Below are positions 25,495 through 35,836 of a stretch of DNA of 64,000 nucleotides, one piece after another; position 1 is the first letter of the stretch, and each line of letters starts with the position of its first letter. The stretch is from Spizellomyces punctatus DAOM BR117 (taxonomy: Eukaryota). Below the pieces are notes generated by a model. That model was not told the origin of the DNA and made no database searches. It saw only the letters and a program-made list of their open reading frames with translations. The position numbers and the translations under genes are program-made. The stretch lies in the NCBI GenBank assembly GCA_000182565.2, contig KQ257456.1, one strand, 5' to 3'.

Positions 25495-27400
25495 CTAACG
25501 CCCATATCCTTCAATATGCAGCAGTACTCGCACGCCTCGTCGGATCCTTCCGGCACGTCCCCACTCTGGATCCATCTCTACATTGCCATCGACGTCCGAA
25601 CCCCCATCCGAGCTCGTCTCAAACCCATCACCCACAACCCGGCCCAGCCTTCCTACCTCATTCCGTATATCGTCCATCAAACCGACAGGCCCACACCCGT
25701 ATACAGAGACAATTTCACCGGGTCGAGTGTCCAGTTGTGAAAATATGCTTGCAACAGAGAGGCGGCGTGTACCCGTTTTCGGGTTGGTAATGACAAGACG
25801 CGGGACGAGAAGGGAAGTAGCACGAGGATGAGCCAAAAGATCTTGGTATAAGGAAAGTTGTGATGCATTGGGAGCTCGACAGGTCCACCAAAAGTGGATC
25901 TTTTGTATTCGTGGTGGAGGATTTTCGAGTATGGAACGCGCAATGGCAAGACCTCCAGGAATGCCGCTTCCACCGACAACAATAAGAACGTGATCAGAGC
26001 GTAGAAATCGTGGTGGGAGGTTACCATGTGGTCCGTCAATGTAAACTTGAATGTTTGGAGTCCCGCTCTCGGGATCAGTGTTTTCTTGCCATGTCCGCAC
26101 AAGCGATTGCGTCCACGAAGCATCGTGCGCCTGCGGTTTGATGATCAAACTCAGTCCAGGTGCAACAGGAGTGGACCTCGCCAACAAATATTCCATCTCA
26201 GGAGGTCCGCCCCTTCGACGTGGAGGAGAGCTGTTTGCGACAGTAAACGGATGCCATTCCACGTTTGAGACGGCTGGTACGCAGATGGAGACCCACTGTC
26301 CGGGGGCAGCAGGAATGTGACAATCTGCGATATCCAATCGCACATATCCGCAATCCTCCATCGTCAATGATGTGACATTATACGCTCGACGTCGATTGAA
26401 CACTCGTACGCATGAATCGATGATATACAATGTCAAAGTCGGCAAAGCATAGTAGAGCATGGGCGAAGCATGCACGAATGACAAAAGGATGGCCCCCAAC
26501 ACCGCGAAATGATTGAACCAGAACCAATTGAACCGTGTTCGGCGGATAGACTCGAACGAATTCAAAGAGACCCAGAGAAAGAGGAGTAGAGCCACGAGTC
26601 CCACCGGCCCCAACCAGCCTCTATACGAAGCGATCCTCTCATGTGACGCTCCAATCAGCAGCGTTGTTTTCCAAAACTGGGCCCATCCGCTTCGAGCGAG
26701 GCAGTAGGCTGCGAATGCACCAACATGCGCCCCAGCCAGTAGCACCGTCAGTGCTCCAGACCATCTATGAAAGGAGAGAGAATGGTCGTATCCGATTCCA
26801 AACAACGTGGATAGCAATCCATTGCGGGATGTCGGCAATAGGGTCAAGGACAGTTGAATGCCGGCATTGAAAGCAATGGCTTTGTAGGTAGCTCGCCACA
26901 TTCGCTGGGTCGGAGAACTTGAAGAAGAGCGGGAATGGTATTGCGTATACCAATAACAAAATTGAAAGAGCTGATGTCCCAGTACCAACAGCCACACGAT
27001 AATCTCTGCATAGGACCACTTTGTTCTGCGAGAGAGGGATATGTAACGATGTTTCCAAGAGTGCCCATGACCCCATGAGGTTCGTTGCGCCAGAGCAAAT
27101 ACGACAGCAACAACCGCAAGCCAACCATAGAATGCGACGAGACTGGACAACCAACGAGTTGTAAACAGTTAGAGAATTGTGTGGGCTGGCACAAATTCAT
27201 TATCTCTCTTACCTGTTACGCATCTCCGTATTCAAGTGCTCCTTCTCTGGACACACTTGTGACCAACACTTGCCCCCTTTAAACATAACATAGGCGGATA
27301 CGAGTAAACTTCCAGGAAGGACCGTCGCCGCTGTGAATATGGCAATGTGCATTGTCTTGAAGCGGAAAGTATCTTTTCTGGAATCTGACGGAGAAGCCAT
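25495..27400 (-). CDS. Ferric reductase / NADPH-oxidase-family transmembrane flavocytochrome
   Basis: Heme His motifs FHRWSG..H and NH..LSFVH, FAD motif EWHPFT, DGPHG, VGGSGIPG, CGP, terminal HIEGY; short first exon 27400-~27213 then an intron. Confidence 0.9.
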
Positions 27401-27453
27401 GACGGCGTCGTTGTCCTCGTTGCCGTCGTCGTCGTCGTTGTGAAATTACGCAT

Positions 27454-27548
27454 GGGCTTGTCGTTCTAGTTCTTAGTGCGGAGCCGATGGGTATTGGCCC
27501 TAGCACCCGCACCAGGGATTGAACCGCGCGACAACCGGTTCGGAAAAC
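27454..27548 (-). ncRNA. Fanzor omegaRNA: ~75-nt scaffold (27548-27474) plus guide from flanking DNA (from 27473, 3' end approximate)
   Basis: Minus strand GUUUUCCGAACCGGUUGUCGCGCGGUUCAAUCCCUGGUGCGGGUGCUAGGGCCAAUACCCAUCGGCUCCGCACUA|AGAACUAGAACGACAAGCCC; lies ~20 nt after the Fanzor stop, spans the element end, has clear stems, and closely resembles the SpuFz1 omegaRNA scaffold as I recall it. Confidence 0.88.
27476..27506 (+). repeat. Terminal inverted repeat, downstream (omegaRNA) end
   Basis: 31-bp imperfect inverted partner of 29603-29633. Confidence 0.92.
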
Positions 27549-27567
27549 CTAATCTAACCAATCTACG

Positions 27568-29469
27568 CTACGCTACCGCTGGAACACCCCTCCTGAACAC
27601 CTCTGGTCTGCCGTGTCCATCCAACATTGATTGCACGATCGTTACCATATTGCAGGTGCTCAGCGTATCTCGATTCCAGTAGCGCATCGTCCAGGCTTGC
27701 TGCAAACAGTTAGGGTTGGTACAACCCAGCAATCCGTGGACTTTTTCAATCTTGCCTTCGCGTCGCCGCCAAGGTCTTGAATGAGGTCGTGTTTTGAAGC
27801 CTTTTTCAACGCCAGAGGAACAGCAAGGGCAAACAGATGAGGTCTTGTACTCGTCGAGAAGGAAGCAGTTGATCCTGTTGCGCTTAAAGAGGGTGCGCCA
27901 GCCTTTCGTCCTTGATGAGGTCTGAAATCTTGCAGTTCGACCGGCGTCGCTCCAATCACCCATCACAACAGTAAAGTTTTCGCCATACTTGTTGCGCATG
28001 TTGCTTATGAGGTCCGATTCACTTCGCTGCCGATTGATGAAAGAGTGCCACTTCCACCGCGTGTGGGCAGGATGTGAGTAGAACTCCTTTCGACGATCCG
28101 AATCTGCATGATGGCGAACAAGAAGGTAGCGAGTAAAGTCCATGAGGTTCATCGTCTTGTGAGATGGTATTCGTGATTCTATGAGGTCAACTCCAGCTTC
28201 TTTCTTCATTGCTTCTCGTCTCTTTGCAAATCGCCGGCTGCCTGTCTCCATGGCTCGCTGGTTTGCGGTGTAGCGAAACGCTGTACCATTGCTGTCTTGG
28301 CAGTAGAGAATGTCACGCTTGTTTGGGTCGATAACAATGACATTCTCTGCTGCTCGACAAGCAGGTAAGTTTTTCTCCACATAAAGCGCTTTAACCTCTG
28401 CCTCCATCGTGTTTGCTGACTTTTTTCCTCCGCTGCGCTTTCCATACTTGTCTGCTTCTGGGTGCTTTAGGTATACAGACACCGAGGTTCCGTCCGTCGT
28501 GATCGAGCCTTCAAAACACATTCCATGACGAGATCTAAAAGCCTTGTTCTGCAGATTACAGACGCGCAACCATAAATCGACGTTTTCAACAGTTTCCGCT
28601 TCTCGTCGCGTGATGCAAAGAACGTGAGAGTAGAGGATGACGGTGTCGATCCGCACATGGCTTTGGATGAGAGAGCGGCGCAGAGGTATTGCGCTGAACT
28701 GTCGGAATCCATGCTGTTCATATAGGCTTGACAACTGACAATAAGCAGGGAAGAAGGCGAGAGGGTCTACAGCAACTGAATATGCGAGCAGCTGGTCGGA
28801 AAGGGGAATGAAGGACCACATCTCTTCTAGAAGCTCACTCTCTTCAGCGGTCAAGTCATCGAGTGACTCAGGCACGATATCAAAAAGGAAAATTGACTTC
28901 AAGTAGCGAAGACGAGCAAAGAAAGCGTTTCGCGCATCGCTTTTCAGTGGCAGTCGCTGCTTCTGTCCCTTCACATCAAGCCGCAGATTAATGTACCGGA
29001 GCAGCATCATCATGAAGTGTTCCTGGACATTGACCTTCAGATTCGTCATCATACTCGCTGTCAGATAATTGACTGATTGCTGCTCTTTTTGTAGATTTGG
29101 ATGAACGAAGCCGACGATGTTGCAGTACCGTTGGATGTATGGCAACAAGGATTCGCGTAACGCCTTCTTCGCACCGGTTTTTGGTTGCCATGATTCACCT
29201 TTGTTGAGAAGATAGAGGATGGCTTCAATCGTCTCTTGATTTACTGTGGGAAAAACTGGCGCTGATGATGAAAGGAGATAGAATTTCAGCGCGTGGGAAG
29301 CGTGGTCGGCGAGTTGATGGATGATGGCGATGTAATCTAAAAGCCGTTGGCAGTAGATGTCGTTTGGCAGGAAAGCTTTTGCAAAGGAAGTCTTGTTGCA
29401 GGTATGTAAGCAAGTAGGTTTGTCGAGTTTTTCGAGTCTTTCGAGCTTTTGCTTCTTCTTTGGTGGCAT
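27568..29469 (-). CDS. Fz1: Fanzor1 RNA-guided DNA endonuclease (TnpB/Cas12-related RuvC), SpuFz1-like, 633 aa
   Basis: Intronless ORF; N-terminal NLS-like PPKKKQK; SITTDGTSVSV; RuvC-I VIDPNKRD (D381); VVMGDWS; RuvC-II LLDEYKTS (E540); Zn ligands CPCC..CTNPNC; RuvC-III WNRD (D601); very similar to Spizellomyces punctatus Fz1 as recalled. Confidence 0.96.
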   Translation of the reverse strand: MPPKKKQKLERLEKLDKPTCLHTCNKTSFAKAFLPNDIYCQRLLDYIAIIHQLADHASHALKFYLLSSSAPVFPTVNQETIEAILYLLNKGESWQPKTGAKKALRESLLPYIQRYCNIVGFVHPNLQKEQQSVNYLTASMMTNLKVNVQEHFMMMLLRYINLRLDVKGQKQRLPLKSDARNAFFARLRYLKSIFLFDIVPESLDDLTAEESELLEEMWSFIPLSDQLLAYSVAVDPLAFFPAYCQLSSLYEQHGFRQFSAIPLRRSLIQSHVRIDTVILYSHVLCITRREAETVENVDLWLRVCNLQNKAFRSRHGMCFEGSITTDGTSVSVYLKHPEADKYGKRSGGKKSANTMEAEVKALYVEKNLPACRAAENVIVIDPNKRDILYCQDSNGTAFRYTANQRAMETGSRRFAKRREAMKKEAGVDLIESRIPSHKTMNLMDFTRYLLVRHHADSDRRKEFYSHPAHTRWKWHSFINRQRSESDLISNMRNKYGENFTVVMGDWSDAGRTARFQTSSRTKGWRTLFKRNRINCFLLDEYKTSSVCPCCSSGVEKGFKTRPHSRPWRRREGKIEKVHGLLGCTNPNCLQQAWTMRYWNRDTLSTCNMVTIVQSMLDGHGRPEVFRRGVPAVA

Positions 29470-29521
29470 GATGATATCTGTATCTGTGGAAAAGATGAAA
29501 GCCTGGGAAAATGGACGATGA

Positions 29522-29529
29522 CTTATATA
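29522..29529 (-). promoter_or_regulatory. Candidate TATA box for the Fanzor mRNA
   Basis: TATATAAG on the minus strand ~53-60 nt upstream of the Fanzor ATG, inside the element; CCAAT motif further upstream (~29587-29591). Confidence 0.4.
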
Positions 29530-29602
29530 GGATTTTTTGGATCAAACCATAGTTCATGAGTCTAAATCGAGTAAAATTATGATTAAATTGGTTAGAATCT
29601 TT

Positions 29603-29633
29603 GTACTAGTGCCAATACCCATCGGCTCCGCAT
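29603..29633 (-). repeat. Terminal inverted repeat, upstream end
   Basis: 31-bp imperfect inverted partner of 27476-27506. Confidence 0.92.
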
Positions 29634-29637
29634 TATG
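29634..29637 (-). other. Target-adjacent motif 5'-CATA abutting the element's upstream end
   Basis: Plus-strand tatg at 29634-29637 reads CATA on the minus strand immediately before the TIR; CATA is the reported SpuFz1 TAM. Confidence 0.88.
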
Positions 29638-29991
29638 TCCGCATTGTCATCGATCTCCATCATTCCGGTGTCGGAATCACAATCCAGGAAGGCTTACAAA
29701 ATCATTTCAGCTTATCCGATTGGATGAATTCCCCGCGATGAGATTGCACGTGCATCGGTCTCGTGATATCACGCGGCCGTCAGTTCGGCTCTCTGGGTGA
29801 AGCCTCCAACACCATCGGGGATCTCCACCCATTGCATTTCATTGCTGTTCATCTCCAGCGTGCCTTTTTTGCTCGTCTTGATACGTCTTTTATGACCAGA
29901 ATAATCAAATGAATGTATTATGATAATATGGGGCCTAAATTTTACATCTGCAAACTATTATGACTCGCCAACGTCTGTTTTTCTAAACCCA

Positions 29992-31396
29992 TTAACGACG
30001 ACCTCCTGCGGCAAGCCGGTCGGGATAGGTCCGCACTAACTCTTGTCGCAGAATGTCCATCCATTCCGCTCCGTCTCTCCGCGCAAACGTACTGTTCTGC
30101 TTAAAATTTACAATAGATGTTGTCCCGGTCTTGAAGGGATCAATCAGATCAGCATACTGTTGCCGAATGGCAACTGCTTCTGCTACATTCTCCACAAAGA
30201 GCCCATCCATGCCCAGTCGCATAAAGTAAAACAATTCTACGCGCCGGTCCTGTGTCGGTGGGCATCCTTGGACTCGATCACAGTTCAACAGGGCCTTTTC
30301 ATAGCTGCTGTAGAACGTGTACGGAGTTTGCTTCAATCCTCGCTTTTTGATCTCCTTACTCAAATTTTGGGGTGCAATCAGTCCTCCATTGGCTTTAATC
30401 CGAGTCTGAACGTCAGCGGGAATAGGTGCAAGCACTTCGTACTTGTACATATTCTCCGCTCCGACAGTGTAAAGCTCCTTCCATGGCCCGATTGCGGCGG
30501 CGTATTTTGCCACGTCGTCCAGACCCTTTGGAGTAAGCAGATCCACATTGCCATAAATAAGCTGAACGACGGGAAGCTTGGACTTTGTGCCAATGTATTT
30601 GGCGGCTCCTGCCTCAAAGGACTGGATCATGACGGGACCACGCGTCTTTCCGTTTGATGGGTATCCGTACTTGTCGAGGATAGCCAACAGCTTATCTTCC
30701 ATAAAATGAGGGTTCTGGTTCTTGTAGTGCTCATTGTGCCAGGCAGGATGCTTGATCTCGGGTATAATACCGATTTCACGTCCAAGTTTGGCAGAATCTG
30801 CATGGACCAAGTCGAGGTACTCTTCAAACGTGGGGATCGTAAACATGCCGTCAAAGAAGGCAGGTTTCCGCATGTTCCGATTGTCCGGGCCTCCCCCAAC
30901 GACGTTGAGACGGAGTGTTTTAATTTCAGCCAAGGTAAGATCGTGGATCAACCAGTCATTGGTGAGAGTTAAGTTGCCACCACTTCCGTCAATGTCTGGA
31001 ATGGTGACGTTTTTTATGAGGTGAGCGAATTCTGGATGTGCAGCGACATCGGTACTTGATTTAATGGAAAGCTGGATTCTCATTTTCATTAGTCATGTAT
31101 GTGGATCATTTTTATTTCAAGCTTCAACTCACATCGTGATAAATCACAAAATGTCCGTCCTTTGTCAAAACCAGATCCGGCTCGACAAAATCCGCATGCT
31201 CCCAGATACCCATATGGTATGCAGGAAGAGTATGCTCAGGGAGCGAAAAGGCCCTCTCCCCGCGATGACCGATGATCTGCGTCGGTTTGCCATCGATCGT
31301 ATGCCATTTTTTAAGGGAAAGACTAATGGGACTGGCAAGGATCTGTGATGAGGCGATCCAAGCATACGCTGCTGCTGCCAACACCTGAGATTTCAT
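29992..31396 (-). CDS. Secreted glycerophosphodiester phosphodiesterase (GDPD/GlpQ-like)
   Basis: Signal peptide; IIGHRGE..PEHTLPAY..ADFVEPDLVLTKDGHFVIYHD; IPTFEEYL, PEIKHP, IQSFE, MDGLF; one intron at ~31070-31131. Confidence 0.92.
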
Positions 31397-32275
31397 GTTT
31401 CCGATGCCGCTTGCCAATGCGACGACAGCTCTTCATCCTCGCCGTTCCTCCCCTTTTTATAGCTCTACTTACTATTTAAAAACTCCACTTTTTTTTGTCG
31501 AGTGTAACTCGCAGAATTTCAATGGCAAAAATGTCCCATCCAAATGTCCGAAGCACGTTCATGTCCGATCACGCACGTGGACAATAGGCGTGCTTTTAGT
31601 CTTGAACCTCGATTTGCTTACAATCCAACCTCATTCCAATGCTGATCGTGAGCATTACGTAATGCTTTTAGTATTTCTCCGACGTTCATGCACGGGTTGC
31701 ATGTCCAAGGGAACGAGTGGACAGAATGACAGTTGAAAAGCACGAGCAATGGTGCCACTGGTGGGGACGCAGGGGGAAAGGGGGGGAGGGGTGGAAAAGA
31801 CATCTGGTGATTGTAACGTCACAAAGAGACGTTACGCGAGCTTCAAGATGGCGTTCAAAGCCAAGAGTCCAAGGCATGCGTGAAGGAGCATTGTTTTGGG
31901 ATCAAAAAAGAGAGAGTGGCCTTGAAGTCTGACGGCCCATCATCATCATCTCGAATGGAAAAGCAACGGCCCCCTTCAGAACTTGCATTGACTATCACGT
32001 AGGATTGAATCAGTAGTCCAGACATGATTTTGGTAGTTCATCAACGGGGGGCCTTTAAGGTTATGTTCCATTATTCTTTATTTGACGATGAGAATTCGAT
32101 ATTTGGGGGTCATTTTTAATTCGTACCGTGACCGAACATCGGAGATTTTCAACATTTCACACCCTGAGATACTATTATTATACGTTCTGAAATGATCCAC
32201 TCACACACGCATTCACGCATTTGGTATTAACGCTTAACTGGCACATGTTGCCGATCCGCTCACATCACACCAAAA

Positions 32276-33710
32276 ATGCCACCTAAGAAAAAAAGCAAAG
32301 CAAAAGGCAAGGGTGGCAAGAAGAAGCGATCGCGATCGCGGTCTCGGTCTCGTTCCAAGGGCCGTGGAAAGAAGATGGGAAAGGAGCAGGCTAGTGCCGT
32401 TATGGTCTTTGTTATGTTGGTAGACGATATGTGTTTCGCTGGGAGAGACTGAGGAATGACGTATAGTTGTTTTTGGCATATTAGGGTGGAAGCTCGCAAG
32501 CAGTCAATTCTCTTGTATAGAACCTGGTTACTGGAACAGTTGAGTATTCTGCTGTTCCCAGCGCCCACCCATTTGATTTTGACACAAGCCTAAAACAAAA
32601 CCCATCACAAAATAGAAAGGAAGAAGCCACACGTCTTCGCCAAAAGCTTCGACGTGTCGAGAAAGAGCGGGTAAGGTCCTTCCGCTTCCCATTTCTCTTC
32701 CTCTTCTCACGTATGTCTTGCTCCAGTACAGCCATATGCGGAATCTCATTGACACGACAGACGCCATGTCAACCAAAATCGATAAAATGCATGGAGAAAA
32801 GTCTATCGGTAGAGCATTCGACACCAACCTGGACGCTAAACTCATTCAACAGCGAGAAGACATTGAAGGTAAAGGAACATTTTGTTTCATCCTCCAAGAA
32901 TGCTCACTAACATGTCATCTCTCTCATCTCTATTATACGACAGTTCTCTATGACACCCTCACCAGACATTCCAACCGCCTCTCGGCCTTAACCACAGAGT
33001 ACTCTAGCCTCCTTATAGCAAGCAGAACCTCTCTTGAAGACGCCATGGCCGGCCTCCGCGCAACCCACGCAGTACAAATACAACGCCATCAAACGGAAAT
33101 TGACCGTCTGTACAAAAAGCACGAACAAAGCATTGAAGGTACCCGCCAAAGAGCAGATAAAATCGTTCTCGGGGTCGAAAGTGTGGCCAGTCAGCAAGAG
33201 TTGGATGAAATGTCCGTACAGACTCTCCAAACGATCCATCGAAACAGGAAATTGCACGCTCAAGTCGCGGCTGCAAAGGTGGAGATCGAGCGACTGGAAA
33301 CGATTGTGGAAGAGTTTGAGGAGAGGAATTTGGAACTCTCTAAGGAATTGAATCTATCTGTGGACTGGAATTTGGGGTTGGGGTTAGTCGCTGAGGCTGA
33401 GTTGGAGGAATGGGAAGATGACATGGACTCTGAGGTGGAGCGGGGCAGGAGTCCGAGCGTTCGACGTCCGAAATCCAAAGCATCAACAACACCTTCATCC
33501 CCTCTGCCACCTCTACCCGTTTCGAAATCGGGAACACCGTCCCCAAGCTTATCCCACCTGACTCTAACTGAAGTTCTTCACCGAGAGGCCAAACGACGGG
33601 AGGTGGAAACCAAACGATCTGGGCTGGGCGTCACGGGCAAAAGCGTCGATATGAAACCACCCGACCCACGACATGCTGGTGGACTTCTCTATCAAACCCT
33701 TTGTATCTGA
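32276..33710 (+). CDS. Coiled-coil protein with a basic MPPKKK N-terminus (possibly ciliary CCDC-type)
   Basis: MPPKKKSKAKGKGGKKKRSRSRSRS first exon; downstream coiled-coil ORF 32718-33710. Confidence 0.6.
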
Positions 33711-33855
33711 TACGATGATTTTTATTCATATACGTAAGCGCAACAGTTCTCTAGATACAGCATGCTCAGCAAGTGCTTGATACAGACATCCGAATGCCGA
33801 CAACAGCCCGGCCAACTCGCACCCCCACAAATGTACATGTACCAATTCACATTGA

Positions 33856-35590
33856 CTATACTGTCCAATACCTTTCTAAAATAATCAAATCAGCCACGAC
33901 CCACGCTGTCAAAATGGGTACACTAAGGAGATAGGACCAAAAGAGGAGCCTAGCAGTCACGGTCTCGTGGTTGCGGTGGGCTTGGCTTATGTTCATGAGA
34001 TTTAGCGCAGTGGGACAAGCTGCCAAGAGTAGCATGGCTAATATGCAGGGCCGGGTTAGCTATCATGTACCACGTAATGAACCGATAATACGAGGAAAAT
34101 GGTGCATACCCATTGCAAATGTTGGATCCTGGACCAAAGGAACAAACGGCTTCATGCCTAAAATCATAAGCAACCCGACCGCTGGTGTCAAGATCATTTT
34201 CACCAAAATGACCAAGGCAACGTCTTTGCCTTCCGCCGCGGTATCGACATGCTCCACTTTCCCCATACTCCCAAGCTGTCCTCCAAGCGTCAAGATGATG
34301 ATAGGCACAGACGCTTCACCAAGACTGTACAGAGGGTCCGTGACGATCTCTTCAAGAGGGCCAGTGTTGCCGTGATCTGGACCGAAAAAGAGGCTCTTTA
34401 CGGGCGGTATCAGGCCGATTATGAGGGCCAGCAGGGCGGCATACAAAGGAGCATTCATAAGATCGTACAAACGAGTGCCCAGCGCTCGTAGACGACTGCG
34501 TGGTGGAATATCTGGCACGGACTCTGTGGGTGAGTCTATCAGTTGGGGCCCCGGAACGGGGTTGGGTAGTATGAGAGGCGTTCGCTCTGTGGGGCTTGCC
34601 GTGTGTGCGGAGCCTGTCGCGGCAAAGGAATCAACGTCGGCAGAAATGCTGAAGATCTGAGAGCGGCGTCGGAGGCGTGTTGCGTGAACTTGAGGATCCG
34701 CGTCTGGAATCTCCGCAATGACTACATCCGTCAAACCTATCAGCTGTTGATTGCCAATCACGCAATGTTCATTATCCTGATACAATACCTGCATCCCCGG
34801 GAAATACCTCCTCTTGTTTTGCAATCAAGTCCGTTACTTGTGCATCCCCTTCATGCTCCTGAACGGCGGCATGCTCCTCATCTCCAGGACATTTGGCAAG
34901 CAACTGATAGCAAATTGTCCATCGAAGAATATTGGAGAACAAACTGAAAAATAGGACAAAGGCGATTCCTCTCCGTGCCACTTCGTCTGCGTCGCTCGCT
35001 TTGGGATTCAGAACTGCCCGTGAGCCTGGGTCGCGGGCTAGACTGTGCATCAACGCAACCTACGAAGCAAACATGGTTAATCTTGGAACTTTTCAGGCAT
35101 CCAAAATGTTCACTTACTGGTAAACTGTTTGTGTTGCTCATCATGGCTGCAGATGCTATGAAGTGCGACCGACTACGGGGGATGCGGAAGAGGAAAGAAA
35201 GTACCACCGCAAATATGAAGGAGGCCAGTGTCAACGCGCAAAACAGCACTAGGTTCCCGAAATTCAGCACCGAATCCAACATACAACGTAATGAACTAGT
35301 CAACCCACCTGGAATTGGCCACCAGAGATGAAATGACTCCCAACTAACAGTATGGGCAATAGAAACCAACAACAAACACGGCGCCAAAAGTTGGACCACC
35401 AAGCGCGCCAGATCCTGCAAACCAGAAAGTGAGTTCTCCCGCGATAGTATCGCAGAACAGAAGCTCTTACCCTCTGCATGGAGAGAGGGAAATAACCGTA
35501 AAGAGCATATACCCATCCTGCAGCTACTACAAAGGCAACAGCACCAAGGGATTGCAACGCAGCAACTGCCAGTTCCAACATGGATGACAT
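33856..35590 (-). CDS. Auxin-efflux-carrier-like (Mem_trans; PILS/ECM3-type) transporter
   Basis: LLAPCLLLVSIA, MSNTNSLP, NILRWT, NAPLYAALLALIIGLIPPVKSLF, GEASVPIIILTLGGQL, DPTF, AACPTALNLMNI. Confidence 0.88.
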
Positions 35591-35836
35591 GGCTACAGTG
35601 AGAAATGTTAGTGTCGCAGAAACTGCTGACGGATTGTTGAACAAAATAAAAGGCCCCCGTTCTCTTCGAGATGTCGTTTTATTTGCAGTTTTCCATTCAA
35701 AATGGCGATAAGATCCCACCCAAAAGCCCACCACCCTTTGCCTCATGAATGGCGACGCGCTCCGAATCAAAAGACATGTGAGATTTGAGGTTTCGTTTGG
35801 AGATTTCTTTCATTTTCGTTTTGAATTCTTGGAGCG

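Larger units (their letters stand above)
27476..29633 (-). mobile_element. Non-autonomous TIR DNA transposon carrying Fanzor1 and an omegaRNA (Spizellomyces Spu-type element)
   Basis: Ends GTGCGGAGCCGATGGGTATTGGCCCTAGCAC (27476-27506) and the reverse complement of 29603-29633 (ATGCGGAGCCGATGGGTATTGGCACTAGTAC) match at 28/31; flanked by TA (27474-75, 29634-35); the only cargo is Fanzor and there is no transposase. Confidence 0.93.

Noticed and set aside
27500-27580. Bona fide tRNA gene
   Set aside because: A/B boxes are present but there is no acceptor stem and only weak D and anticodon stems; reported as promoter-like instead.
30043-30657. 204-aa plus-strand ORF and many similar short ORFs
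   Set aside because: Antisense or alternate-frame shadows of well-supported genes, with no motifs.
32276-32300. MPPKKK start identical to the Fanzor N-terminus
   Set aside because: Common basic N-terminal motif with no further similarity to Fanzor.
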